NCBI GenBank assembly: GCA_013265495.1
Contig: MU058065.1
Location: 1,139,527 to 1,203,526 of the forward strand
Length of the DNA: 64,000 bases
Origin: Vicugna vicugna
Lineage: Eukaryota
Direction: 5' to 3'
Below, one piece after another: positions 24,661 to 38,326 of the stretch; positions within the stretch are counted from its first letter, which is position 1, and each line of letters begins with the position of its first letter. The notes beneath the pieces are model-generated. The model made no database searches. It saw nothing but the letters and a program-made list of their open reading frames with translations, and was not told the origin of the DNA. Position numbers and translations under genes: made by a program.

Positions 24661-25849
24661 TAAAGACACCAGAACTAGAATGTCCCTACAATGAACAGAG
24701 GTCACAGATCTGCAAAATGCAAAAACATTTTTGGACATCTATTGAAACTAAGGTAAGCTACCCTGTAGGTTTCCATCAATTCATTTAGACTGTACACAAA
24801 ACTTTCTCGGAATCTATGTTGATCTTCTCTAGAAGCACCAAGTTATGAATTATTCCATTAAACAAGCTCTAAGCCCACACGTTTATTGGAAAATCACCCA
24901 ACATCTCCAGGTTCTTCTTTTCTTACCATGGGAAAATGAGGGTGCCATGTTCTCCAGGACTATTTATGCCAGGGAACATTCTGAACGTGTACTGTATTAG
25001 AGACTGGGATGAGAGTCTTTTTCAGTTTCTCATTGGGAAATCAGTTCAGTATTATGAAAAATAGACCCAACAAACTGGACCAGGAGATTTGAATTATAAA
25101 TGAAATATTGATTTACTCTCTAGCTCTATCTACTCAATAACCAAAAAGCTGAATGAAATCTGAAAAGGTTCCTTATTAAGACATGCACCTAGCCGACTCA
25201 AATGGCAACTCTCCCATCTGAATGTCTAACTAAATGATTTCTTAATCGAGATTCCTCGGGGTAACATAAACACAGAAAAATGTCAAAACATCATTCTTGC
25301 TTTTCAGATTCAAGCAGAACTGTTTTTGCCCTATCCCATTGGGAATTCATACTCATAATGTATAAATCAAATGGAAATTAATTTTACTTATTTCCTTCTG
25401 TTTTGTTTATGTTTTCAGCATCAGCATTATTGTTAACAATACAGAGAGAACTTTAAGTGTCACAGGAACAGAGAGAAGATGGTATCTTTTGAAAAAAAGA
25501 GAATGAAGTTACTCCATGCACTATAATGTGAATGGCTTAGTTTGGTTTAGTTTAGACCTTGGCCAGTAAAAAAATCTTGAAAAACCGTCAACCTGGGAAA
25601 GCTCTTCACAGTGACGTAGTCCAAAATGCACATAGTGAATACATTTTTCAGTTCATTTATAACTTCTTTCTCTTATGCTTTCGCATATATTTTTCCACAC
25701 TTTCAAAAATTTCTACCAGAAGCATGAATAAATTGAAATAGAGGTAAAGAGGCTTCCACATGAAAGTCTGAAGAGTGAGTAGACCTGTATGAATCTCAGA
25801 GATATGACACTGAATTTGGCTGATTTGAATAGTTTTCTTCTTGGGAGGC

Positions 25850-26055
25850 AGGTTCTCAAGATTCAAATCCTGGCTCTACTTCTTGCCAGATACGTGACTA
25901 GGCAAATTACTTCACCTCCTTAATCCTTACTTAATCCGTCCCTGAAACAAGGTATTAGTGTCTCCCTTAAAGGTTGGCAGGGAGATGACATGAGGTTACT
26001 ACACATCCAGCAGGAAATATAATAAACACTCTTTAAATGGTATTTCTTGTCATTA
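25850..26055 (+). mobile_element. MIR SINE
   Basis: 'ttcaaatcctggctctact...gtgactaggcaaattacttcacctc'. Confidence 0.75.
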
Positions 26056-26179
26056 TTTTTGACCTCTTGGTTAAGTTCTGTATGTTAAAATCAGCAGCTG
26101 AGGGACGGCAGGGTGTGTTTGGGGTTGCTATGCTGCGTTTTAGTGGGTTCCAAAAGCACTTTCGCCATCACAGAGAGAG

Positions 26180-26390
26180 GTGAGTCTGACTTTAAAGGCA
26201 AACAGAGACGGGTCAGTCCCAGATTTGCCATTCACCTTGCACGATTGTGAGCAACTTGGCCTCTCCCAGTCTGTTTTCCCCAGCATCAGATGAGGCAACA
26301 CGTTTCACAGGGGCTGCGTTGAGATTAAGGAAGATAAAGCTTATACAGTGCCTTCACCCATAACCTGGAACCTTGTAAAAACTGGCTACA
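26180..26390 (+). mobile_element. MIR SINE
   Basis: 'cccagatttgccatt...gagcaactt..cctct..cagtctgttttccccagc...gagattaag'. Confidence 0.6.
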
Positions 26391-28367
26391 TGTGTTCACC
26401 AAAGTCAATCGCAGCCATGCAGGTGTTTCCATGGGGTGTCTGCCCGGGATACTTCTATCAATGTTTAGAGACCACTCTAAATTCAAGTAAACTCAGTTAT
26501 ACAAAATATGTATAAATGCTACTGTGCCTCAGTACTTGCTTGCATGCAGAGGATAAAAAAAGTATTTGAGAGAAAATACTACTTTTCAAAAGTCTCAAGT
26601 ATATTTTTCTTAATCTATCACCACAGCGATATCCAAGGATCAAGGTTATAGAGGCTTTTTTTTTTTAAGCAAACAAAAAATTAAAACGTATCCAAACTGT
26701 TCTTCTGACACATTCATTCAGGCATGGAGATACACACACATCAGGACACAAATAGCTGTTCAGGCCTGGTATTGAAACTGACCATTGCATCCTTGTTTGG
26801 GGACAACTATGTTTATAGCAGACGCAAAAATACAGACATGATTTCTGGCAGACAATTTTTTTTTTTCAAATGGCTGGAGTCTATTTAATTTCTATGAACA
26901 ATGGAAGCTTGTTTAAATTCCTCTACACTGAACTGAAGGTTGACCCTCCATCTTGCTTGAACATTTATTAGGGGCAAATTTTCAGAGGCATGAATGCATA
27001 TTAGTAAGATTCAGCAGTGTTTTTGGCATAGCCGTATAAAAATCATGTTTCATGTGAGATGCATGTGAGATTATCCACATATGTGGTATATACATATATA
27101 AATATATCTGTAAAGTCTTACTTAAAATACATTTTTGCAGTCATTACAAGCCAATGCGACCATATGTGCTAAGTTTTTGTTTTTGTTTTTTACTACTGTC
27201 TTCGTAAGTAGCTGGCTATTAATATTTTAGAATGCGAGTGAAACAGAACAGACAATGCCCTGGATTCCGTGGGAAAGGAGAATTTCTCAGCAGGCTCCCC
27301 TCCCATCCAAGCTGTTTTTATTCTGATTGCTTTTACCCATCAGAAATGCTGAGTGCACTTTTCCTCAAGCATGACACAAATTTTAGCAAGACTCAACAGA
27401 AACTCCAAAGAACCGTATATGCCAGACTTCGCTTCTGTCCTGAAATCTGGGGTTTCAATTTATGCTGATGAATAGGTCAAAGTGAATCCTAATGGGAATT
27501 TACTTTGATTTCTAGTAAATGCAAGAATAGATGTGCATGTGTTTGCCCGTAATATAGGAGTAAGGAGACGTGGAGACAATAGGGAAGGACTGGCTTTTTC
27601 CACAGTAATATTTCGAGAGAAGAATCTTACCAGATCCATTACTTCAGGCATAAAAAATTTGGGTCACAAGTAACATTAGAAAAACATACCAATTTTTAAA
27701 ACTGTGAGTGGGCTCTAAAACAGAAGTGCACAATGCAATCACTTCCCATTTATAGGGTGCCTAATAGACAAAGAAAGCTGCATATTTTATTGTGAAATCT
27801 GTAGAATTACATATTAGCTGTTAACCAGCACTTTTTCCCTTATTTGATCTGACTGAACTCAGAGTTTTGAAGTACCGTCTGCCCAACTGACAGAGAAATT
27901 CTAAGCATCAAAGTTAGAATTCAAATATGAATTCAAACTGTTACATTTATAGGTTACATGAAATCATTCCTTATCTCTGTTAGCAGGAGCCATCTTTTTT
28001 TTTTCCTTTTTATCTTCCGCATGTCCTCAGTGGCTTGCTCTGCCCTCTCATTAGGATGGTGGGTGCTGTCCAGGAATTTGCTGGAATGACTGGGTTATTT
28101 GAGTCTGTGGGTTCGTGTATGGCTGATGGATTAATCTCCTAAAAGTCCTTTTGTTATACCTCTTCTCCTCTCTGATTTTTTATTGTCCACATCTCAGTTT
28201 CTCTATTTGTCATTCAATCACATCCTTAATCTGAATGCCAATGGCTTCTAGAATATATTGCCCACTTGAATTGAACCTGTGGTTTCAGCCATCTTATTCA
28301 TTTCCCTACTTGCTCTTTCTGTTCCGTTTCTTTATCTTTCCTTTCTCACTGTCCTGTTTTTGTTTCT

Positions 28368-28816
28368 TGTGTAAGTTTCCCAGGGTTGCCATAACAAATT
28401 AGCACAAATTATGTGGCTTAAAATAACAGAAATTCCCTAACAGTTCTAGAGGCCGGAAGTCTGAAATCTAGGTGCCGGCAGGACCACGCTCCCACTGAAG
28501 CCTCGAGAGGAGACTCTGTCCCATGCCGGCCTCTTAGCTTCTGGTGTCACCAGCAATCCTTGTCATCCCCTGGCTTGTAGACACATCAATCCAAGCTCTA
28601 CCTTTGTCTTCACAAGACTGTTTTTGTGCTGTCTGTGTTTCATCTCTTCTTACAAGACATCATTCGCATTGGATTAGGACCCACGTAATTTAGCGTGACC
28701 TCACCTTAACTTGTCTACATCTGCAAAGATCCTATTTCTAATGACTGTCACATCCATAAGTGCCAAGGGATTAGGACTTCTGCCTATCTTCTGGAGGGAC
28801 ACAATTCAACTCAACA
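28368..28816 (-). mobile_element. MLT1-family (ERVL-MaLR) solo LTR
   Basis: 'tgtgtaagtttcccagggttgccataacaaatt...ggcttaaaataacagaaatt...cagttctagaggccggaagtctgaaatc...ggacacaattcaac'. Confidence 0.88.
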
Positions 28817-28829
28817 AGATACCCATCTC

Positions 28830-29235
28830 TCAGTGCTCAACATATGCCCCAACTTCATCAAGAAGATGCCTTTCATTTCTTTAGCTCGTATTTTTTTCTG
28901 AATTTTTTAAGTCTGAATGATTCACTGGGGGCACTAACTCTAGCTGGTTTGGTTCATCCTTACACTCCAAGAGCCTGGACTAGTGGCTGGTACACTGTAA
29001 GAATTCAAACAGTCCTTGTTAAATGAGTGACTATATTCAAAAAGTGAATAAACTTATACCATATAATTCAGTTCACTGTTCTCTACAATGGCATAGTGTC
29101 ACTTGTTTTATTTAAATTAATTGCTCCTCTAAAAGAATGCAAAGGATACTGTTTTATCCTTGTACTCCAGACGCACAGAGTCCAGCATGGGATTCCCACG
29201 TGGATAATAATCTGATAAATGCTTTGTTAATTGAT
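28830..29235 (+). mobile_element. L2 3' fragments
   Basis: 'cctggactagtggctggtacactgtaag..ttcaaaca...gttaaatgagtga' and a second L2-like end ~29120-29235. Confidence 0.5.
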
Positions 29236-32200
29236 TGGGCTAGAAAAATCTGATTGAAAGGCTCTAAGACATCAATAGTCTGTTTAGAGGCATTAAAAAA
29301 AGTGGGAGGCTATTTCAGGCAGGGAAAGGCCTACTGAGATTAAAGACAAATCAAATAGATTGGTGATTAATTAACCTGCTTTTGGTAAAGCAGGTTTGCT
29401 TAGACCAAACACAACTCTCTCAATATTATAAGAGTGTCCAGATACCTAGCTGATTAGAATTGTTTAGCTACCATCTGGACGTAGCTTTCAGACTTCAGGT
29501 TTTGAATTTTCTTGGTATGTTTCTCTTTCCATTTGTACCTTTTTTTAGGAAAAAAAATACATATACATGTTTATACACCCAGTTGACTGCTAAATAGCAC
29601 TTTAAACTAGAAAAGCTTAAAAGCAACTCCTGCAGTCTTGACTGTTAACTTTTCATAATTCCTAATCAGTTTCACAACGGGGAGCAGAGCAAGGCTCTCA
29701 CCTGGGGTCTTAACTATGACAAAGAATACTTGACATAGGAGAATTAAATAATTTCCATCTCTCTATTAATGTTTTTACTTAAGTAGACCCTTTATTCCCA
29801 AAGTAAGCCCAAATGTTCATTTTCTTAACCTTGATGATTAAATACCTGGCAAATTTAACAGGCATCCATTCCACCCACAGAACATCAAGTAAAGAAAAGA
29901 AACGGCACAAGTTCCCGTAAAAAATCACCTATGGGGAAAGGGAAAACATGGTTTTCCAAAAGGGCATAAATCTCCCTCACATGTTTGAAGCAAAAATGTT
30001 TTGGGGAAATGGTACATTCAGGAAACGTTGTAGATCTGTTGTTTTTTTTCAGTTCAGTAGCGTGTGATAGCACACAAAGGGGGCAGGCTCCTCCCTGTGC
30101 CAGGAAGCACTTAAAGTGCTCATGCCCTACAAGGGCCGCCCGGTTAAGGCTACCAGCCCCACATTTGCAATGTAAATTAACAAGCCCCATGGTGCCTCCA
30201 ATTGCAGGTGAACCTTAATAAACCTGCTGATTGCCTCTTAAGAGTGCAGTCATTTTGTGTTTCAGGGATTGCTGAATGGCTGGAACACAGAGCATTTCAC
30301 AAGAACCCTCACAATGGGCAGAGGTGACTGAGTGTGGAAGGAAAAAGGAAGTCTAGTGATCATGGCTGAGCAGAGTTCAGGTTTTTGTCTGCTGAGATGT
30401 ATTCACAGGATGTCAGACATGTTTTTCCACAAAGCCCTCAAGGACACAGAGAATAGTTTTAGCATGCGTGTTGGTCTAGGAAACACCACACAGTATCAAT
30501 TCCTTCATGAGTCTGATCCAGAGGTATAATAATTCTTGCAGAAATGTAGGGGCCCAGATGTTGATAGATTATACAAATGAGCCCACCTGCGCCAGGTAGA
30601 ACCCGATTTGAAAAAGCCATCCCACAGTTAGGCAAACAGACTCCTTTCCTTCCACTGGTGGAGAAAATCCACTCCCCACTGCTCATTCCTTTGCTCTTGA
30701 TTTTACAGAGAACCTAAAGAAACTCATTCTTTTATATACTTGAAGTAGTATATTTAATTGCCTTCTACATTTTGGATCCCTAAATTTGTACCCTATCTAA
30801 GGGTGAGATGGAAATACAACTTGTGCCAGTAATGGGATTAACAGTCTCTAAATAACTCATCCCTTGCTGAGTTTGCAGCACACGTGCTATCCCAAATGAT
30901 CTAGCACGTTTCGGAGGACAGGCAGCACAAAGGGGAAAGAAGCATGCATTGCAGAGGCAGATCAGACCGTCTGGGCCCCCGCACACGTCAACCAGTGATC
31001 CTCTCTTCCCTTTTGCAAAATGAGGGTGCAACTGTGTGCCTCATGGCCCATGCTCTTACCATTCCCCCAAACCACCTAAGGGACGGATAAATGCTGAAAG
31101 ACTAAAACGGACCACTTTCTCATCATCTGTACCCTTAAAAGAATGTCACATGAATAAAATTTTGGCTCCTCCTTAATCCAGAAGATGTGGCAACAATACA
31201 TCACATGGTCCTGAGGCAGAAATAGGATGGAGCTGAGTTTGCATGAGCTCCCCAGTGGACTGCAGACAGTACCCCTCCCTGCTGAGTTAGAATCGCAATG
31301 CTTCCATCATCCGTGCTACTTTCCTGGCCCCTTGAGGTTTTTCGATTTTGTGTTGTCTCTGCTACAGCAAATGTTTACCTATTTCCCTGCACCTGCTCCT
31401 GACCTTGTCATTCTGCTTTTCCCCAAAGCCTCATGATATGAGGTCATGACGGTGTAGCTGCAATACAGTCCTAAAGAGAGAGCTGTAACTCAAATGGCTG
31501 TTGGAATTGTCCTAAGCTTGGGTTTTAGACCCCTGCCTCTCACAGCTGCTGGATGCAGGCTGCCCCCTGCTGACTGTAGTCCCTACAGCTGGGAAGACAA
31601 GTCTTCCCTTGACTAGTCTCTGTCCATCGCATCCAAGAACCAGTTTGCTCCCTCCTCCTCCCTCAGCCCCTCCCACCTGTTACAGCTTTTAAGGATGGAT
31701 CTTTGCTGCCCACTACCTGTATTAGGACAACTGCTGGGAGGACTCAAGCTTCTTTAACTCAGAAGAGTCACCAGGATGACCTATCCAGCTGTCTCTTCCT
31801 GTAAGCAGAGCCCTCCACGGTTACTGAAGTGCATACTGCTTATAATCCAGAGCCAGATAAACTGCTGTGCTTAGCCAGCTTCTGTTGGCCACTCCATCAC
31901 CTGAGAGCTTTCTGAATTTCCAGGAAAGGATCTGGAGAGGGGTTTGGGGGGCAGGTGTAGAGGAAAGGGCAAGGTGATGTGAGAGAAAATGGTTCCAAAT
32001 GATTGACTGAAAACAATTTGTCCAAATGGCACAACTAGGCATTGGGTTACTTACTTGCTGTTAACTTTAGAGCACCCCGGGAGCAGGGTCCCATGCCCTG
32101 GAGAGTTCACTATTACAAATAAAGCTAAGTTACACATTTTTTAAAGAGGAAGATTTCTGAACAACGGACAAAATTATTCACAAATAACATGCTAATCAAA

Positions 32201-34520
32201 GATACATCAAAGTTACAAATACTTTTTTTTTTAAAAAAGCATGATTGATTGACTGACGACCTATTCAGTTTGACAATAGTATTTCTGCAGATTTGTTTGG
32301 CACTCAATAATCTGCTGCAAAATCATCCCAAATGCCAGAGATGGAACTGGGCCTGTCTGTATCCCACACTTCATCCCACACCCCAGCACTGACAGCAGGG
32401 CTGCCCAAAGGCTTTTGTCCTGTGACGGCAGCTGAATTCAAGTCCAGGGTTGGTGAGGTGCAAGTTTTAGGCTGTTCTTTGCAACGCTGATTTGGAATTT
32501 ATGGTGTTAAAATGTGCTGAGGGGCAATTGACCGACTTAAAGGGGGTGTTCCTCTCTAGATCACCAGTCTCCACCTATTCATGTCCAAGCTGGCCTGTTT
32601 CAGGACATAAGTTACACGTCTGGTCACAGTGGGTTAGTGAGTTTGAATCTCTGGCTCTGGATCACTATTAAAGAGGAACCATTTGATCACAACCACTTAA
32701 AGACATACAAATCACTAAGATCGCCTGGATGAAGCCATCTAAGTCAACATTTTAAAGTGCCCTTGGTGACTACAGTTACAGGGTACTGGAGCATGAAGTG
32801 GGTCTTTTTTTTTTTTTTTTAATGCACAGCTGAAGCTACTTGAGGGGCTTTAAATAATATTCTGATCTGACTAGAATTCAAAAGTGCTAAAAATACTTCT
32901 ATTGTCTTACATTCTGATTCAGGTCACCCACCTTCGCAATGTCAGAGATTTCAGTACGGTTTAGAGGGAATCACATTTCTTTGGAGCTGGCTGGGGAAGA
33001 TATGATCTAATGAGATCAAGAAGATGAATAGCAGACATGTTTGTCCTCTGACCCGAATATAACATCATCCAAGTTACAAAGCCATTCATTGGGATGCAAG
33101 AATTGGACACTGGAGTCTTCAAGTCTGAGTGGGTGCCTTGGTCAGGAAAACCGGTGAAACTTACCAAGACACAAGGGAAGGGTGAAGTCAGGTCTTGGGA
33201 GAATGATGATGGAAGCAAGAGAGAGATTGGGGAAAGATCGCATGGCAGAAGAATGAAAAATGAAAAGAGAGGCGATAAATGTATCCTTCATTTCGTTCTT
33301 TAAAACCAGTTTTTAGTAGTTTTTAATGACTTAAATCTTCAGACCTTTTTTTTTCAAGTTTGGTAACAATCACTGCCTTGTGCATGTATTTGAAAATCTC
33401 TACAGAAATATATGTAGAAGAGCAAGTCTAATTAACTAAATTTGCATATTAATAAATAAACCTGTGCAAATATACAGCATATGTGGATACACCATACACA
33501 TTTATATGTTCGAGATTATTTAATTAGATATTAGATTTTTTTTACATGACAGACATACAAACTTTAGGGGGGAAATCACTTTCTAATTAGGATCAAGCAT
33601 TCTGGAAATTTACATTTCTAACTAATTAGTGTTGATGTTGAGACACCCACATTAATTACACAGCAATCTGTGGCAGAAGAAAATACATGTTTTGACTCAA
33701 ATAAATGATACAACAAAGGTACATAAATTATTGTCTTTCCTGAGTTAACAGTAACACTGAGCTTAAATTTTTTAAGCCTATAATAATTGCTATTATTTTT
33801 GTTAATGAGCTTTCTCCCATGCCAATCCACATAGAGTAATGGAATTTTAGAAGTATCCTTGGTAGATAGAAGCATTCTGGGATTTCCTTACTACCCTATG
33901 ATGGTCCTCAAATTAAATATGGTAAAAGCTATGAAGCCAAAAGTAGGACAGAGACATCTGGGGCCCAGTGATGAAAGGTGAAGGTGGAAGTTGCAAGGTC
34001 TTCCATCTCTATAAGCATAGAAGACTAATTTATCTTTCAAATACACTCAGCTTTCCACTCCCCAAAGTCTCCTTGTCAGGAACAGATTTTTCTCTACTAG
34101 TCTATTTTAACTATATCAAGCAATTAATTCTTTCCTCTATAAAATGTGTCTCACTTTCAGTTAAGTGTTCAAACACTGATCTACAAGGTCGAATTGCTCC
34201 ATTTATGTACAATGGTCTGGGTGGCAATTTCAGAGCCATGCATCATGAGAACAAAACATGATACGTTCTCAAGTCCTTGGAAGAGTTTGCCACAGACTTC
34301 TTAGGGCCAGAATCTAAGCTAAGCCAGTGAGATTCCTTATATAGAAAAGCTGGATTAAGTGCATCTGGTATTTATTTAGAATGAGTCATTATTCAACTTT
34401 AAGAAGTATTTGCATGAGAAAAATAATTTTAGTGAAATATGTAAGCATGCAAAGGATCACTGATGCTGGCTTTTGAAAGAAATGTTATCCACTTAATGGA
34501 TAAGCTCGTTTCTCTTTCAG

Positions 34521-34858
34521 TCACCAGATCAGGTTTTGATCACTTATCATGGATGCCATGAATCCATTCACAGGAGCAAAATACCCATCCTCTGTTTTCT
34601 AAATGCCAATTTAAATTCCAGAGTGAAGGTCTAGCACAGAACACCTTCTCCTCTGGCCGTCTTAACTCGAGAGAGAAAACAAGGAAGCGCTGAAATGAGC
34701 ATGCCCAGATTACTCCTTCCAAACGGAGCCAGCAGAGTACCTCCTCCTCGCCTGTGTTCAGAGAGAGCCTAGGAGTGTTACACTGATAACTCTCCCTCCA
34801 CGTGGGAAGAAATATGAGGATTAGAGAAGCGTTACCACCCACCTTCCAACATGAAAAG
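34521..34858 (+). other. Candidate exon (338 nt)
   Basis: CTTAAT branch-like site, 'ctcgtttctctttcAG' acceptor, perfect AAG|GTAAGT donor; ATG 34814 gives MRIREALPPTFQHEK in phase 0. Confidence 0.3.
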
Positions 34859-37800
34859 GTAAGTACATAACCAAAGGCAGCTTTATCATATAACTTAGTA
34901 AGCCTTCTACTGAAGTCAAATCAGAAAACGAAAAACCAGGAAAATTGGTAGGTTTAGAGTTAAGTTTTTTGAGATTTTTTTTCAGTCAAAGTGAATCACC
35001 AATGAAAATAATCCACCACTAGCAGTATTAGTAGAAACTGTCATTTAAAATAGATCAACTGAACTTCAGTAGAAAATAAAATATAACAAATTGACTAATA
35101 AGACATTACTGCCTTATTAATTACAGATTGTCTGCAAGAGAGCTTGGTATCTTCTTGGAGTGTCTTAAAAGCTAATACCATGGGGGATAAATAGTGTATA
35201 TACAAGAATATCATCAATCGATTGGTTAATGGATTGATTAGCATCTCGTCTACAACTAAGGAGGGGTGACTAAGGGATAATGCCACCCCGAATCTTTTCA
35301 CCCACCCCAATTGTTAATATGCTCTAATTATAATCACCTACCTCAGAGAGAGTTTCCAGAGCACCAAGTCATAAACACGAAAGGAGAATTTACCCACAAC
35401 CCATTTTTTATTTAAAGCATGTATTTTCACCTTTAAATGGGTATTGCTTAGTTATTTAGTTTAACTGTCAACGTGTTAAAATAGTTAAACGGAGGTTTAT
35501 GTTAGCCTGCAGACATAGTTCATCCATTAGTGGAGAGACACATTTATTTTAGTTTAACATAAATTCTGTACACCTAAAAACAGTGTTATGTGAGAATCTG
35601 GTGAGGAGGGGCGGGTTCTACACTAGTCATTGGAGGAGAGAAAGATGACCGGGACACCTTAACTCTACCGTACTCTTCACCCTAATCTCAACACTACATT
35701 GTACATAAATTTTTGTAAGGAAGAAGACATATACATAAATAACAATAGCACATGTAGAATGACACAATAAAATAAACATTAAAAATGCACATAATTTAAA
35801 ACCATTTCTATCAACAGGTTAAATTGTTCAACTATGTTGGATGAATTTTTCTTTTTTAGTGAGTCTGGTACAATAGAGCTGAGTAACTGTAAATCTCTCT
35901 TTCTTCCCTTGCTCTACTCACTGCCTGAAACTTTGAGTGAATATCAGTCTTTCTGTTTTTTTAGAGGATTAAAGAGAAACCGAAAAGAGACTAAGTATGA
36001 TGTTGTAAAACCATAAGTAGAGATAAATGACCAATGAAAAATTTAATAATGGAAGTCGATTAAAATGTGTTAATAATATCTAAAAATGGGACTCTTCACT
36101 CTCTTCATATGAGTCTTCAGAGAAAGGAGGAATGGATTTAAATTCATCAGCAAAGAATTAGTTTAGAACTAGCTTGTACCTTCTTGACTAATTGGTAAGA
36201 AGAAATTAAACATTTATATATCTCATACACCAAATATTCATAAATTTAAATTTGGGGTTGCTCAAGGTGGGACACATTCAGTGGAAGCATTTAACTGAGC
36301 TCCCATTTACCAGAACATTAGCATAAACCCGTGAAAAATTGTGAAATGAAGCAGAGGCTTCTGGTCTGATGGAACACAGAATCAATGCAGAATTTTCTCC
36401 CTTAGTATGAGTCAGAACTCAGAATTCTTTTTTCCCCAACAGAAAGCAGCATTACGTTGACATTCAATAAATCAAAGCCTTTGTTATGTTCTATTAAAGT
36501 AAAACAATTGAAATGATTTTCTTTGCTAAGTAAAAGGATTCAAGCTATACTAACATGAATTTGATTAAAAACTTAAAATCAAATCTTACCTGTAGACTGG
36601 CCTGTATTTTGAAACCTTAAAGCTTAAGAGAATGCCTAAGTCTCAGTGTATTTCCTCCAATGTCCCATGAAGTGAATCTCCTTTGTACTCTGCATATTTA
36701 TTTTTTCTTAAGTATTAGTGGAAATTATTTCCGTTGTAACACTTAATCAGGGAACTAAAGTAAAACAAAAGAAAACTAAAGCTCAAGAAAACTAAAGCTC
36801 AAAGTTGCCTAAAAATAAAAAATCTTAGAAATGATTCCACACTATTTCTGCCTGATCAAACAATTTTTTTTTTTCCTGGAAAACTTCATGTAGGAGCACT
36901 GTTGCCGCTGTGAACTCATCTGGGCACAAAAAATGTTTTCCTTTCGTGCTGTTTAACACAGAAAAGCAAATGTTGCACTAGGCACTCTCTTTTTCCTACC
37001 TCCCTGCCCCAAGACCTTTGGTCTTGATTAACATAATAATGAATTGCATTTATCTCTGTGAATTCACAAATCCACTCCCGGGGCCAATAAAATGGCATAT
37101 GGCATAACTCAGTCATCTGTTCAATCATAATTACTAGTAGCTAAACACATTCAGTCTGGTGGAAGTTCACGGAAGTCCACCACCTTCTTCGAAGGAGAGG
37201 TTAAGATATTACTCGGTTCCTTGTTTTAGGTTTAATTACATTCAGTTTTTCCTATTTTCCTTAGAGTATTTACAGCAGGGGTTTCTACAACATAGGGTTT
37301 ATATAATATAGAAATTTTGTTCCTTTATTTGATTCACAAAGGTAACCACAATAAGAATTAAAGTGGGATTACTTAGAGGTGATTTTTTTTCTCTTTTATC
37401 AATAAAGGGCAGCGTTAGGGAGGGACTGGTGGACCCTTCTATACTTTACCAGTGAACATTAGCATGCCTTCTAGCAATAAATCTGGGAGACTCTATAAAA
37501 GAATGTCAACAACTGGCATTAAATCTATGTAATAAAATATTGTCCTGCATTCACTTCCGAGCTGAGTAGAGACCAACACTGGGCACAGGACCATGACTGG
37601 TATAGGAAAAGCAATGGATGTGCACTGCAACCAACACTCTGGAACAGTGTTGGGCCAGTGCCTGGCACAGAATAGAGTCTTGATAAGTGAGAACTGAATC
37701 AATGGAGAAAGAAGGAGAGAATAGAAGGCAATGGCAGAGACAGAAAGCAAATCCAAAATCATGTTTTCAGCTTCAGAGTAGAAGATGTCCAGATGCAAGT

Positions 37801-37930
37801 CAGACAAGTGTTAGATCTTAGGCTATGAATCAAAGCCAGTATGAGGAACTCTAAGTGGCAAACAGTTCATCATGAAGCAAGTGTGGGCAAGAGTGACTCA
37901 AATTCACTGAGTCACGTGTGATTGGCCTAG

Positions 37931-37966
37931 AGTTTTGTTTTGGTTTTGGTTTTGGTTTGTTTTTTT
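37931..37966. repeat. (GGTTTT)n-like simple repeat
   Basis: Directly visible. Confidence 0.85.
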
Positions 37967-38326
37967 AAAGGAGCAGGGAAAGCCCATTGGTAATTAAATG
38001 GTAACTCTTCTGCAAATGTAACGTGTGGCAAATGGCTTTCATCTGAGAACTCCACCAGCAGAGTAATGAACGTGACTGCTTTCATACACTTAGATTCTAG
38101 GAGGCCAGCCTGCCTAGTGACAAGCATGGTGGTTCTCACGAGGACTGGTGCTGCTGGAAATCCTAGGACTACTCATATGACTTCTGATTAAGAGACTGAA
38201 CCTATGTTGTCTCTTTAAAAATTATTTTCTAAAGATAGGTCTCCGCATCACTTAATCAAACTGGAAATTTAAGAACTTGTTGATAATCTTTAATAAGTAT
38301 AATGAAAGCTGGGCATCTAACCAAAG

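Noticed and set aside
27631..27714. Minus-strand 84-nt segment with AG/GT boundaries
   Set aside because: Stops in all three frames; such pseudo-exons are common by chance
36769..36800. 16-bp tandem duplication aagaaaactaaagctc x2
   Set aside because: Ordinary slippage duplication
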